Below are positions 8,801 through 21,832 of a stretch of 64,000 bases of DNA, piece after piece. Origin of the DNA: Epithemia pelagica (lineage: Eukaryota > Protista > Bacillariophyta); assembly GCA_946965045.2 (NCBI GenBank), contig OX337228.1, positions 4,340,001 through 4,404,000 on the forward strand, read 5' to 3'. Numbering within the stretch: position 1 is the first letter of the stretch; every line of letters begins with the position of its first letter. The notes beneath the pieces are model-generated. The model made no database searches and was not told the DNA's origin. It saw only the letters and a list, made by a program, of their open reading frames with translations. A program made the translations under genes and the position numbers.

Positions 8801-10660
8801 TTCTTCGCATAAAGTCGGGATAACGGCGTCTCTGCCTGGTACTCCACCAAACTGCATTGGGTGTAGAGTTCGTTGATTGGTGTTTAGATGTATAAGCTGG
8901 CGCCACTTGATCGCCAGAACAAGGTTGTAGTCTTGTTCATAAAGATGGATAACACGGAGGCGGTGTATCCGTAGATTGTAAGGTTCTTTCAGAATCATCA
9001 CGTTTACAATATGCTTCCACCTGTCGTATGAATATTTGTTGACGAGTGCACAATTGATCACTCCAACTTGCCACTCAATCAGTTTCTCCCTTTGTTCTTC
9101 TAGTTCTTGACCTTTGTCTGTTGCTGTGTCTAGGTCATGAGAAGCCACTAATGCTTTACTGTGACTGAGGTGGAATCCGGACGGAGATGTTGATGTAGAC
9201 TCTGGCCATGCTTTGATTTTGCTTGTCCATTCTTCGACGGTGATAGGAGCAGGAACAGCGTCGAGTGTAACTCGGGCCTTCATATGATTGATGAGTGACT
9301 GCTGCATTTCGTCCAATTCCGGTTGTTGCCAATTACCCTCTAGTATAAGCTCTGCCGTATGAGTCGACGCCCCCCCCCAATCGCACCATTCCGAGAATGG
9401 TGGTTTGGTGGGAAAGGTGTTGTGAGCTTGTCCGAAGTGGCGTTGGTTTCTTGTGAGTAGCCTTTCTTCTATTTCGGCAGGGGTATCGATGGTGAGCCAC
9501 TCCGTGCATCCCGTATAGTCAGTCGTGGTAGGATCGGCCGGAACATCAAGTCTGGTTATGCCCGTTTTCAGGTTCCCTCGACATTGTCTAAGCTTTTTGT
9601 ACATCGCTTTGGTACGTTCTGCCGCGATTCGATGCTTCAAAGCTTTTGATTGTTGTTTGTTCCCCTCAAGAACAGCTTGTTGTAGTTCTTTCTGCAGAGC
9701 GTTGTGTCGACGCTGTACTGCATCTTTCGTCATCTCACGTATCTGTCTCTGGACAACTCTGCATTCTTGCTGGCAGGCTTCGAGAGAGTTTGGAATATTG
9801 ATCACAGACTGGTTACGGGCGGTATATGCGATTCCGGATTCAAAGGATTTACTCCATTTCTCTGCTGAAATCAGCTTCAAAAGTAAGTTTTTGCGTTTCC
9901 TGAGACTGGCTAGTTGTTGCACAAAAGGAATGCTTCTCGGTTTCTTGACACATTTTCGGCTTGCATGTTCTCCAGCTCGTTGGAAGTCTTTGTCCAATCG
10001 TTCGGCGAGTCTTGGATTCCAGCTCTGTTTCAACCGCTCGAGTCGTTGTGGAAAATTATGTTCGACCAAGAACTTGTATTTATGGACAATGTAACTCCTG
10101 TTCGAACTCTTGTCCTTACTCGTAAAATCACGACTTGCAATGGGACCAAGGACTTGAGTTGCGTTTCCGAAGAGTCGTTCACTGTCAAAGTCGATAACCA
10201 TATTCCGATGATCGTTCGGAATCTCTCTGTATTGAAATGGTTCGTAACATGCTCTCACAACAGCTGCTGAGACGTGTGTTGTGCCCAAGGCGTAATCGAT
10301 TCTTTCCCGACCGTTCACAAAGGTACCGAAGCGCGTGTCACCAATCTGTTCTCCCATCAAGTCGTGCAATTCTAACTCTGCGCAAAGTTTGGACATTCCT
10401 TCATGAGTATTTGTTAGTGCTTCGTTGAAGTCGCCCAAGATAAGGATTTCAGAGTTACGAGCGCGTCGCTGTCGAACAAAGTCTGTCAAATCTGATATGA
10501 AAGCTTCTCGTGGAGACATTTGTCTATTTTCTTGTCTGAGCATTGAAAGCTGTTGAGCGGAAGCAGTGAATGATCGAACTCTGTTGGTGTCTTCAGTCAA
10601 CAGGGCTTGCTTGCAAACTTGATACGCGGCAATGACAGTGAGCGTTTTGTTGTTGATGGG
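5834..10660 (-). pseudogene. LINE ORF2 (APE-RT-RNase H-Zn finger), truncated at both ends but internally stop-free (about 1600 aa)
   Basis: APE motifs ILILGDFNE, RIDYALG, NDHR. RT motifs YEQDYNL, QFGGVPGR, DATACYD, GSGQGAGNSP, GFVDD. RNase H motifs CSDGSA, SFRSESYG, YTDSKS, HVRGHQD, NVDADRLA. Zn finger CPLC..ETRTHFLCC. The final VRILTVYGG* is encoded by LTR sequence. Confidence 0.88.
5865..10660 (-). mobile_element. Non-LTR retrotransposon (LINE; Ambal-like diatom type), 5'-truncated and interrupted at its 3' end by the copia element
   Basis: One long frame with partial APE endonuclease, RT, RNase H and a C-terminal Cys/His finger. Coding similarity begins about 10655 (NNKTLTVIAAYQVC) and is cut at 5865. 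Confidence 0.9.
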
Positions 10661-10909
10661 GTTGCGTCGGGGCGTCGGAGGGAGAGACTACAACGCATAA
10701 GAGTCGCAGATTTGATCGACTCTTTGCGCAAACGCGCACATTCGTGTCTAAAGGTGAGTCCCGTCACGTGCAGAATCGGATCTTCCGTTGGGACCATGAT
10801 GGAATCTTGAAGGAGACGGAAAAGGCGCCGACGGTGTTTTCAAGATTGTCGAACCCACGGCGGTCCAAACATTCCGACGCTTTGAGAAGCACAGAGAACA
10901 GATGGAACA

Positions 10910-11461
10910 ATGACTATGGATGGCGAAGAGATACATGAGCTGTTACCACGAAGAAGGGTCACGGGTCTCCATACTACTGTTACTACGAGCCATCGAACGG
11001 CGGAGCCGACGGACCTACAGGCTGAATTGATTCCTCGATCTAATGACCAAGATTCCCTAGAGAGTGAAACACCGAAAACAGGATCACGAGCACGTGACCA
11101 CTTGGCAAACGAAAGAACTTATCTGGCCTGGGTTCGGACTGGACTAGCTCTTTTTGGAGCTAGCATTGCTTTGTTGAAGTGGGACGATATGTCCAATGTC
11201 ATGGCCTATTTGTTGGCCATATTGGGCATGATTGTTATGGCCATTTCTACCAAACGATACTTTCATGTCATGCACCTACTGGAAGAGGGGCGTTTTGAAC
11301 CCCATAGTGGAGGAATTCTCTTTGTGGTGGCCATGTCCTCCCTCCTTATTGCCGTTGCGTTCATTCTCCATGAAAATGATCACTTGTTTCCATCGTCTCG
11401 TCATGGTCACTCCGAAAATTATGTACACCAAACGAATACCGACAGACTGCAAGTGGGTTGA
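10910..11461 (+). CDS. DUF202 (YidH/Vtc1-like) three-TM membrane protein
   Basis: ARDHLANERTYLAWVRTGLAL signature followed by three hydrophobic helices. Confidence 0.85.
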   Translation: MTMDGEEIHELLPRRRVTGLHTTVTTSHRTAEPTDLQAELIPRSNDQDSLESETPKTGSRARDHLANERTYLAWVRTGLALFGASIALLKWDDMSNVMAYLLAILGMIVMAISTKRYFHVMHLLEEGRFEPHSGGILFVVAMSSLLIAVAFILHENDHLFPSSRHGHSENYVHQTNTDRLQVG

Positions 11462-12203
11462 TATCAGCTATCATCTTTCATGGGTTTCGTTGTGGCTTGC
11501 GTTCTGGCTATCCAACTTAATGATTGGGAGGAAGCGTCCAGGGTATGATATCGCTTTGTCTCCCGTTCTCACTTAAACTCGGAGCTTTCAAGAGAGGCTG
11601 GCAATTGGCAATCCAAACTCTGCAGAGTCCCAACGGTTGCGAACTGTTCCTGACTGCAATTACGAGAGAAGCCATTTTCGAAATGTTGTTTCCGCTCAAC
11701 AACTTGGCGATTGGGTACGGCTCGGAAAAACCGTGGTTTACCATTGCGCATTGACCATGATAGTTTTTGGGTATTGATAGGTTGCAAGTTGCAACATCGA
11801 TGTGCCGACGAGCGGCATAGTAAACTGCAAACTGCTCCTATGGACTCCCCTACCTACCGTAGTTTGATGAATTGCGAGAGAAGCTGTATGTAGGTCCTCC
11901 TAGCTCGGGCGAGATGCGGCACAGACGCACAGACGGAGGATCGGATATACCGTGCGATTGCGTCATCCTTCCAATACCGGTAGAGGCAGTCTATGATATG
12001 AGAGTAGCTGTGAGTTGGAACTCGCCCTCTTTGCCACCATCAATAGATCCGCATCATTCACATTTTGACAACAGGTTCAACTTCTTTGTATTGGACGATT
12101 CAAATCAAGACGACTGAGAAAACAATTCCCTCATTTATTTTCCATTCCTTTTGATAGTCACAAAGAGTGCATCTCTTGAAATTACATTCTGCCTTCATTC
12201 ACA

Positions 12204-12755
12204 ATGATCAAGTCATGGATTTGCGTCATCGCATGCCTTTTGACAGTGGCGTCGACCATATCTGGTTTCTCGCCCGTGGTTCCGCACACACATTCGTCTT
12301 CGGTGACATACTCGTCGGCTCCCGTGAGACCAGCCTTTGGGATGGACCGTATAAATATTAACAAAGAAATCAGAAACCGAGACACGGAGTTGCACATGTC
12401 CTCCATGGAAAGGACTCGAACGACGAAAAAGACGACCATCACAATCGACGAGACGGAAACCAAGGCAGAAGAAGAGAAGAAGAAAGAGGAGCAGTGGAGG
12501 GTAGTCTTGCACAACGATGAAGTTCACACCTTCAATTATGTGATTCGATCTCTGTGCAAGGTGATTGGTACCTTGGATCGTAAGGCTGCCTTTGAAATCT
12601 GTGTCCAAACCCACGGAATTGGAAAGGCCACCATTACCAAGACATGGAAAAAGCAAGCGGAACAGTTTTGCTTGGGATTGCAACGTCAGGGCCTGACTGT
12701 CAGTATTGCGCCTGATGAAGACTTTGAAGGTGGTCACTCGGGAGGAGGACTATAG
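12204..12755 (+). CDS. clpS: Plastid-targeted ClpS adaptor of the Clp protease
   Basis: ClpS core WRVVLHNDEVHTFNYVIRSL...THGIGKATI; signal peptide ending ISG-F plus an S/T-rich transit peptide. Confidence 0.9.
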   Translation: MIKSWICVIACLLTVASTISGFSPVVPHTHSSSVTYSSAPVRPAFGMDRININKEIRNRDTELHMSSMERTRTTKKTTITIDETETKAEEEKKKEEQWRVVLHNDEVHTFNYVIRSLCKVIGTLDRKAAFEICVQTHGIGKATITKTWKKQAEQFCLGLQRQGLTVSIAPDEDFEGGHSGGGL

Positions 12756-12865
12756 AGCACTTTCACATGACAAGGGATCAATCCGATACTCGTGACCACT
12801 CAATTATGTACAAACGTGGATCATTATTAGTCGAAGCTAATCATCGTCAATTGTTCTAGGTGATG

Positions 12866-14512
12866 CTACACATCAATGATCGTATCTTCCGCTTTGGTAG
12901 TTCGTTCATCTCTGGATTCTCCACCAAGCTTGACGCGCGAGTCACTCATGACATCCACACTGGGTGCCAAGATTTTTACGTACCGATCAAAGTAAAGGCT
13001 TTGCTTCACCAACAATCCAAACTCACGAGGAAGCTTTAGCCCATTGTTTTCCGTCACATCCACAAATTCCAAAAGAAGTTGGGTGATTTCGTTTTCGTCC
13101 ACCATAATGTTGGCTGCCGCGCTAGTGGTGGTTCCCGTTTCATCGGCAGTGGCAACGACAGTAACTTCTGGTTGCACCTGATTGAAGCGTTCAAGGACAC
13201 GGTCAATATCACGGGCAAAACTAGCAATATCCACATTGGCATCTGCGGCGCCCATTCCACAGAGAGCACGCGCCATGCCCTCCGAATCTCCCACGGCAAG
13301 GGCTCCGGACAACTCATTGACGGCTTGAAAGACCTTGTCGCTGATTCGACCTACAATACCGAAATCGATAAAGGCCACTCGCCCGTCTTCCAGTAAGAGC
13401 AAATTGCCAGCATGAACGTCTGCGTGGAACCAGGGCATGGATGTGACAGAAAGGCTCCAAATATTCAAGGCAGTAATAATGGTTTGGACACCAATATCCG
13501 GATCTTGGGCAACCTGCGCCACCGTCGTCTCATCCAACAAACTGACACCATTAAGATATTCCAAGGTCATGACCTTCTTGGTTGTGTATTCGAGGAACAC
13601 TCGGGGAGCGGTAGCTTCCTTCAACAAATCATAGTCTTGCAAGAAACGGCGGAACTCAATGGTGTTGCGTGCTTCTTTCTCAAAGTCGAGTTCCTCCAAC
13701 ATGGACGTTCGGATATCGCTCGCGACTCCTGCCAAGGAGGTTCGCTCCCAGTCCGGTTGCAGAAACTCCAAGATTCGAGCCGACGAATACAAAAATCCCA
13801 AATCCGCTTTCAAACTGGCGTCAATGCCTGGTTTCTGAACTTTCAACACCACCTCTTCTCCCGTCAAGAGCTTGGCTTTATGGACTTGAGCAATACTCGC
13901 ACTTGCAAGAGGGGTTGGGTCGACAAACTGAAAGCTTTTGGATATGGGACCAAGCTCGGCCTCAATCACTGGTCGAATAACGGACCAGGGCAAAGGCGTT
14001 GTCTTGTCCAGACATTTTTGAAACTCCAGGATGTATTCTTTGGGAAACAGGGTTGGGCTGCTGGCAATAAACTGTCCCAATTTGATATACGTCGCACCCA
14101 GTCTTTCAAACAGGGTTCGAAGGACCACGGGCAAATCCAGTGTACCATTGCGCAACAAAAGAGGAAGAAACTCGCGAGCCGTCAACGCCGCCGCACGATA
14201 TGCTTCCAAGGTTCGACGCGGTCCAGCACGAATCCCTGCATCTCTCACAGCTTCCAAAATGTCTTGAACGAGACTTTGGGCTTCTTCAGGAGTTCGGTCC
14301 CGAACCGTTTTCGTGCGTCGTTGTGCTGATCGTCGAGTTCCAGGTGCCTGTTGTTGTGTCGCAGTGGAAGAGGATGCCGCTAGCTGCACAACTTGGGTCG
14401 GGGCTTTCTCGAGCCCATCACGACGCTGGTTAAGATGGAACGGGCTCGGCTGCAGCACAAATGTTTGCACGGCCACAGGAAGAAGCCCAAGGAATGATAC
14501 AAAGACTTTCAT
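12866..14512 (-). CDS. ABC1/UbiB atypical kinase, plastid-targeted (ABC1K9/At5g05200-like)
   Basis: LGATYIKLGQFIASSPTLFP, VVLKVQKPG, ELDFEKEA, FHADVHAGN, IDFG; presequence ...VQT-FVLQ. Likely ATG at 14512. Confidence 0.9.
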   Translation of the reverse strand: MKVFVSFLGLLPVAVQTFVLQPSPFHLNQRRDGLEKAPTQVVQLAASSSTATQQQAPGTRRSAQRRTKTVRDRTPEEAQSLVQDILEAVRDAGIRAGPRRTLEAYRAAALTAREFLPLLLRNGTLDLPVVLRTLFERLGATYIKLGQFIASSPTLFPKEYILEFQKCLDKTTPLPWSVIRPVIEAELGPISKSFQFVDPTPLASASIAQVHKAKLLTGEEVVLKVQKPGIDASLKADLGFLYSSARILEFLQPDWERTSLAGVASDIRTSMLEELDFEKEARNTIEFRRFLQDYDLLKEATAPRVFLEYTTKKVMTLEYLNGVSLLDETTVAQVAQDPDIGVQTIITALNIWSLSVTSMPWFHADVHAGNLLLLEDGRVAFIDFGIVGRISDKVFQAVNELSGALAVGDSEGMARALCGMGAADANVDIASFARDIDRVLERFNQVQPEVTVVATADETGTTTSAAANIMVDENEITQLLLEFVDVTENNGLKLPREFGLLVKQSLYFDRYVKILAPSVDVMSDSRVKLGGESRDERTTKAEDTIIDV

Positions 14513-14965
14513 GACGGGGAAAGGCAACTGATCTAAAGGCAAGCACCAAAACAAAAGACAATGGCTTCATGGTGGCAATTTGTTGAATATGTTGTTGATT
14601 TTTCGGTGGAGACACGTCAGATTTTGAATGATAGCTCTTAGGTCGCATGTATAGCTGGTAATGGAGGGTCGCTCTTTGGTCGACTTCAGAAAGCCTCGAC
14701 AAATTTTTTGGCATCCCATTGATGGCGACCAACGATCAACAGCAAGATGACTTGAAAAAAACATCAAAGGAAACCAAAGCTTTTACCGACACGATGATGC
14801 TGGATACACCAAGCCAATCTCCTGTGGTGGGAAGTCGTCCTATGTCTTCTGAGAACACACCTCGGTTACGGTATGTTCATTGTTGGAGAGGATGACACCT
14901 GGTTCTTTGTCCATGTGGCCATTCTCATACCTGTCTTGTCCTTCTCTCTCAGAAACACCTCTGAG

Positions 14966-16903
14966 ATGCCACTGCATGATGGTAGTAACAAAACCAAAAC
15001 CAGTTCACGTGACAAAACAACAATTCCCGTCGGAAAAGGTACCATGGCACCCCTTCCCTTTCCCAAACCAAGGGAACCCTCCCGGTGCCCCGTCTTTTGT
15101 TGTTTTTATGCTGAGTTTGACAACAAAGTCGGCCCCACCGTTGTCTTCCAAACTCCCAAAAATTTTATGGACCTGGAAATTGGAGTCCCCGTAACTCAAG
15201 TCCATAAGATCATCGACCAGACAATGAAAGAGCTTCATCAGGACGGACGCTCCACCTCGCAGACCACTGCAGACCGAGAAACCGAAAGCAGTCAAGCTGA
15301 AGGTTCAGAACCTAGAATGTCAATTTTTGACTCCTGTAGTGAATATATCATTACAGGCAATGAACTATCTGGAAATGTGATCAAATTGAGTGCCCATGAA
15401 ATGCACCTCGTAACACACCCCACGGTGATTGTGAACAAGGCATACGAACGAAACTCCCTCTTGTTCTCGGTTGGCTTTGTCCTTCGTCGAAGCATTGATT
15501 CGAGACCATTTCAACCCATTATATCTAAGTGGGCAAAGACGCTGCGGGAAATGGAGATTGAATCCCAGTATTTGACCAACCCAACTACTCGTGGCAACAT
15601 TCAATCACACACGGAGCGGCTCTTTGTCTCCCTAAACAGTTTGAGTCGAGAATGCAACCTACTCATCACTCCCGCCCATGTACTTCATCTCAAACTCTTT
15701 CATCCTCCTCGTGTCCCAGCCTCCCCAGTTCCTGATTACGCTGTACCAGTCTTGCTCCTGCGCGATTGGCGTCAATGCCAAATTGTAAGTTCGTGTATTC
15801 TTCCCCGTGTTTGCCACGATGAGAGTCGTTCTGTACTTTGTGCTTTACTTAACTGTTTTTTCTGACGGACGACATTTGTATTTGTTTCAAAGAATTATGA
15901 TTGGGACCTGGCAATAGACTGGTGCGGAAGACATATTGATGGTGTACGCAATGCTCAACAAATCTCGGAAAAAGCGGAAGTGGATATGGAAATTGTGCGT
16001 GCTTGCCTTCGTGTTTTAAAACACCATGGTGTGATCGCTCTCTGCGACATGTTCTTTTACTCCAACCGATACGAGTTTACTGAACGTGCCACTTCCATGT
16101 TGGCGGGCCACGAAACCAAATTGCTGATGGCAGCGACAGAACATGCCATTCGGTCGACGGACATTCCATCACCACGCGAAGGCAGTCCGTCTCTCCATGC
16201 CATGGCCTCCTCACCAGCCACGGAGGGAAGTATGAGTAGTGGAAGTCGTACAGTAGAATGGATGCAACCGGGAAACGCTCGGCTGATGGCGCAGCCATCC
16301 ACGCCATCCTCGGACGTATATGTCTCGTCGTCGCTGCGCAAAGGTGAGATTCATGATTTGAAAATGGCCGTGGCAGAATTTTATACCAGATGCGAGCGAA
16401 AACGTAGTTTTGGAGATACATGGATGTCATTAGTCAGTAGCAGTAACAACAGCAGCACCAACTTGAGAACTGGAAACGAGAATTCGGCTCCAGCGATTGA
16501 TTGGAAACGCGCCTTTCGGCTTTTGGATCACCGACGGTTGGTGACATTTGGTGTTGTCCATGGGTTGATAAGACGAATTCATCGAGTGCCACGAATACTG
16601 GAAACAAGTAGCACCGACTCGGTGCCGCAGCGACGGCCACCCCAACGACAAGCGAGTGATGCCGACAGTGGCCAAAGCAACAATTCTCACATACGTTTGG
16701 GGCCTCTTCTTCAAGTACAGCGACATAGTAGCGGTGGATCCAGTCACAGTCGACGGAAAACAAACGCCGCAACGATTGCTTCGAAAATGGATGGACTCCA
16801 CTGCGACGACGAGTTGGTCTGCGAGTTTCAAAAGTCTTTTGATGAATTGTCGGAAATTGTACCAGATCATGTGTCCATTGCGCTAGTACCAGCAACATTC
16901 TAG
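14966..16903 (+). CDS. NPRL2: Nitrogen permease regulator 2-like (GATOR1 subunit); exons about 14966-15784 and 15893-16903
   Basis: FYAEFDNKVGPTVVFQTP, YERNSLLFSVGFVL, LREMEIESQYL, VTFGVVHGLIRRIH, DGLHCDDEL. A GT..AG intron at 15785-15892 joins WRQCQI|NYDWDL in frame. Start codon uncertain (14873, 14966 or 15044). Confidence 0.88.
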
Positions 16904-17051
16904 TAAGACGAGTGTTCGCACTGTATAAAAACGTTTTATGATCTATTAGAACCGACTGCGGAGTTGAAAACAAAGTGAATCGGAATCATGGGCTGGGTTG
17001 TAGCTGCTGGAAAGCTCATGAATAGGAACGAAAGACAAGCCCATCGCCGCC

Positions 17052-18212
<1,161 letters not shown>

Positions 18213-18430
18213 CTAAGGACAGACCTCATTATTTCAGTCGCATTTTGAGAAATCTGGCGCCTCGATTGCGCGGGAGCGCGACAGATCCGCGCCAGTCAAG
18301 CATGGATCACATCCTCCTCAATCCACAATGGCAGCAACTTTTCTCTGAGAGCGCAATCAACGAAGAGGAGAAAGCAACTCGAAGAAAGAATAGAAGGAAC
18401 GACCAAACGTCTCGTATACACTGCAGAACC

Positions 18431-19470
18431 ATGGATTACGGTACGTTCGATGTTGATTGAAAAGGTTTCGGGTCAGAAAAATCGTTATTGGAGTCACAAT
18501 GACAGAGCTTTGTTTTGTTAGTTCGACGCAGATCGCAGATACTAGACTTGATGATTCGTAACAGTCTCTCACACTTGAGTGCTCTGAATCATGATCTTGT
18601 TTGACAAATGAACAAACAGGACTTGACTACGAAGGAGACATGAGCGGTATGGGTGGCGGTGGAATGATGCCTTCCCAGAACACCCCTGGTTCGTCCTCTC
18701 AACGAGGCAGTGGGACTCGCAAACGGGCAGCCTACGACGAACAAACCATTCAGTCCGTCACGATTTCTCAAATGGTGCAAAGCGAACCACAAAATCCCAA
18801 CGACATGACGGGACTCATGTTGCCGGACGGTCGCAAACTGTACCACGTGGAATTTATAGCCGCCGTGCGGTCCTTTGAGGACAATTCGACCCATGTCATG
18901 TATCAGATGGAAGATGGTACCGGTGGAGTGATGAACGTCAAGAAATGGCTCGAAGATACGACCGAGTGTACGGCCGTTACGGAACTTCGTCGTTTGTGTA
19001 GCAAGGAGGCTATCTACCTCAAGGTGGTGGGACAACTCAAGGACTATGATGGCAGCAAAATAGTCTTGGCCGATTCGATACGTCCCATTTCCACTGGCAA
19101 TCAACTCACGCATCACTTTTTGCAAGTTGTCTACCAAGCCGAATTGCACAAGCGAGGACGAGAAGGTGGGAATTTGGGTATGGGCGCAGCATCCATGGGA
19201 GGATTTCAGGGAACGCCCGTCATGAATCGAACGCCCTTGGTATCCTCCTCCAACATGCACAGTGGAGACGAAACGCCCTTGCGTCAAGCTGTCCTCCAAG
19301 CCTTTCGGGTGGACAATGACGATGACCCGGGCATTTTGACTACCAATGTCTTTGCCGACCTGAAACGACAGTTTCCCGAAGAAGCCATTCGAAACGAAAT
19401 CAACTATCTCTGTGGTGAGGGAAGACTCTATTCGGGAGCTTCGGACGATCGCCTTATTGCTTCGTTTTAA
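18431..19470 (+). CDS. RPA2: Replication protein A 32-kDa subunit; probable micro-exon 18431-18440 plus exon 18620-19470
   Basis: Gly-rich N-terminus, OB fold (QSVTISQM...DGTG...VVGQLKDY...NQLTHHFL) and C-terminal winged helix. ATGGATTACG|gt..ag|GA joins in frame. Confidence 0.85.
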
Positions 19471-19958
19471 ATAGAAACGACCTCATGAACTTGACAATCA
19501 TGGTCGACACAAGGACCAGGAAGAAGGACAGGGAACTTGTGGTGTGGGGGGACAGTTTTTGCACTGGAGCAGGATCAAGATATACCAGTGTACAACTATC
19601 TCGACGACTTTTATTAAAACCTGTAACATAAATTCTTTGAGATCCATCAGGCGATGTATCCAAGACGAAAGTCTTGATGAACCAAATTGTACGTCTAGAG
19701 CATGCACTCCTAGGAGAAAGTTCAAGGACCTACGGTAGGTAGGTACGAGTAGGAGTTGTCCCTCCTCACCCAGGGGAAATGAATGCGTGATCCCGCCGAA
19801 GATAAACGCGACTGAAAGCGAGCTCTGATTGGTTACCTGAATCCATGGAGTGTTTTCATTGGTTGTTTGGTGGGAATACGACTTCGCCTTTACATTTTTC
19901 CACAATCGCATTCGTACCTCTTCGTGCAAAAACCAACGCCAATAAACCAAAAAAGACC

Positions 19959-21761
19959 ATGAAGCGACGAGGAAACCATTCACCGATCCCATCCTTCCAG
20001 GATTCTTTCGTTCACCATTGTCGTGTCGCCACACCGCTTGGTGCAGAAAAGCTTGGTACATCCGGTGGTCGACCAAGAGTTCCATTTCGACACTCGATAC
20101 CCTGGACCGTCTTGTTGGTAGCCATTTTGTGCCTGCTGGTCGCCATGGAACTGCTTGCATGGATGTCGTTGACTTCTCTCCAACAACAACAACAACAACC
20201 CGTTTGGTCTCCTCTGGAAGCATCCGTCGTGGATCCACTAGATCTTCTTTTCCCAGCCACTTGGAGTCAGAAAAAGGATCGCGTTCTTCGTACCGAATCT
20301 GTCTGGCAACACTTGACGCAAGGCTCATTGCGTTATACCTACGACATTGCCTCGAGCACGGATCCACGGACCGTATGGTGCCCCATGATTCCTGAAACTC
20401 ATCATCATGCCATGTCCCAGACACCACCACCACCCAAAGGCTTGTTGTTTGCCAAGACCATCAAGACAGCATCCAGTACTGCTGCGGCCGTAACGATGCG
20501 TTTGGCCCGACGTGTCGGCCAACGACTGGCAGCCTCTAGTAGCATCGAGACACACCGAAACCAGCAACCACCACACGACAAGACAACACACACTGCTGTT
20601 GCTCCACCCAGCACCACTGCCATGATGTGCCCGCACATGTATGTCCATGCACATTCCTATACCAATCACTTTTCCCAGCGTGATCCTGCGCATTCCTTTT
20701 TGTGGACCATGGTCCGTCATCCTCAAACACGAGCCATGTCGGCCTACAAGTATTTTCAATTGGCAACCATGGGACAAGTTCCCTCACCGGAGGCTCTGGT
20801 TGCGTACCTGGAAGCTACCAAGGACCAAATGTTGCAACAACTGCGAATGGATCGACCACGGATCAATGAAGCCTTGGGGATCTTGACCATTCCTTATAAG
20901 AACAATCACAATAAGACGACAATGTCTCGTCAGGGTCCTCGTCGTCGTCAACCATTCGGATTAGTCGAGCACCGAGACAATCCATTGGCTGTCGCTCACC
21001 TCATTCAAGAAACGGTCCAACAGTACAACTTTATTGCCGTCAGCGAACGCATGGAAGAATCCTTGATTGTGTTACTCGTTTTACTGGGCCTCTTGGATAC
21101 GACCACCGACGGGAACAACGACGACAAGACTCCTGATACGAGCGACAATGATCGTGCAGCCCTGAGCGATTTAATTGTGTTGCCGTCCAAACAAGCTGGG
21201 GCATGGGAAGAAAATGCTTGGGCAGGGCGACCAGAATTGTTGGAGACACTCCAAAACCAAGGGTTGCCACGCATCCTCACGGAGCATTTGGCAGTTTCGA
21301 ATCGTGGTTGTATTACCCTTCCCAAAGACCCCATTCCCTTTTGGCCCCTGCAGCAACACACGAAGGACCACTCGCAGAACGATACTCGGGGGGCGGAGCC
21401 GTCCTCCATCATGACGGAAACAAGACAAGCTATACAATCGTACCTGGAATCCAACTATGCTCATGACAATATGGACTTTCTCTTGTACAAGTTTGCCAAT
21501 CGTCTCTTGGATGATGTGATTGAACGATTGGTGGGACAATCACGCATGAAACAATTGGTGGATCTCTTGCGTGAAATGCAGATACGGGCCCAAGACCAGT
21601 GTGGTAGCACCGCTATTTTCCCATGCTCTCGCTCCGGTCATCGACAATCACGGTCTCAGACGGATTGCTATGCTGCCGATATGGGATGTGGCTTTCGTTG
21701 CATTGATACACTCTTTCCCCTTTCCAATCATACGGCCATTCGAAACCACTCGAGTCGTTGA
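19959..21761 (+). CDS. Type II membrane sulfotransferase-like protein (Gal-3-O-sulfotransferase-like)
   Basis: N-terminal TM; 5'-PSB-like FAKTIKTASST; 3'-PB-like TMVRHPQTRAMSAY; FIAVSERMEESL; DFLLY. Confidence 0.7.
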   Translation: MKRRGNHSPIPSFQDSFVHHCRVATPLGAEKLGTSGGRPRVPFRHSIPWTVLLVAILCLLVAMELLAWMSLTSLQQQQQQPVWSPLEASVVDPLDLLFPATWSQKKDRVLRTESVWQHLTQGSLRYTYDIASSTDPRTVWCPMIPETHHHAMSQTPPPPKGLLFAKTIKTASSTAAAVTMRLARRVGQRLAASSSIETHRNQQPPHDKTTHTAVAPPSTTAMMCPHMYVHAHSYTNHFSQRDPAHSFLWTMVRHPQTRAMSAYKYFQLATMGQVPSPEALVAYLEATKDQMLQQLRMDRPRINEALGILTIPYKNNHNKTTMSRQGPRRRQPFGLVEHRDNPLAVAHLIQETVQQYNFIAVSERMEESLIVLLVLLGLLDTTTDGNNDDKTPDTSDNDRAALSDLIVLPSKQAGAWEENAWAGRPELLETLQNQGLPRILTEHLAVSNRGCITLPKDPIPFWPLQQHTKDHSQNDTRGAEPSSIMTETRQAIQSYLESNYAHDNMDFLLYKFANRLLDDVIERLVGQSRMKQLVDLLREMQIRAQDQCGSTAIFPCSRSGHRQSRSQTDCYAADMGCGFRCIDTLFPLSNHTAIRNHSSR

Positions 21762-21832
21762 ACCACCGTACAAGAACACCGGATTTCAAGGGATACAAAA
21801 CACTGTTATAGGATAAATCACACTAACCATTG

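Noticed and set aside
14966-16903. NPRL2 next to the TE island and plastid genes as a nitrogen-sensing cluster
   Set aside because: It is an ordinary conserved gene with no functional or sequence link to its neighbours.
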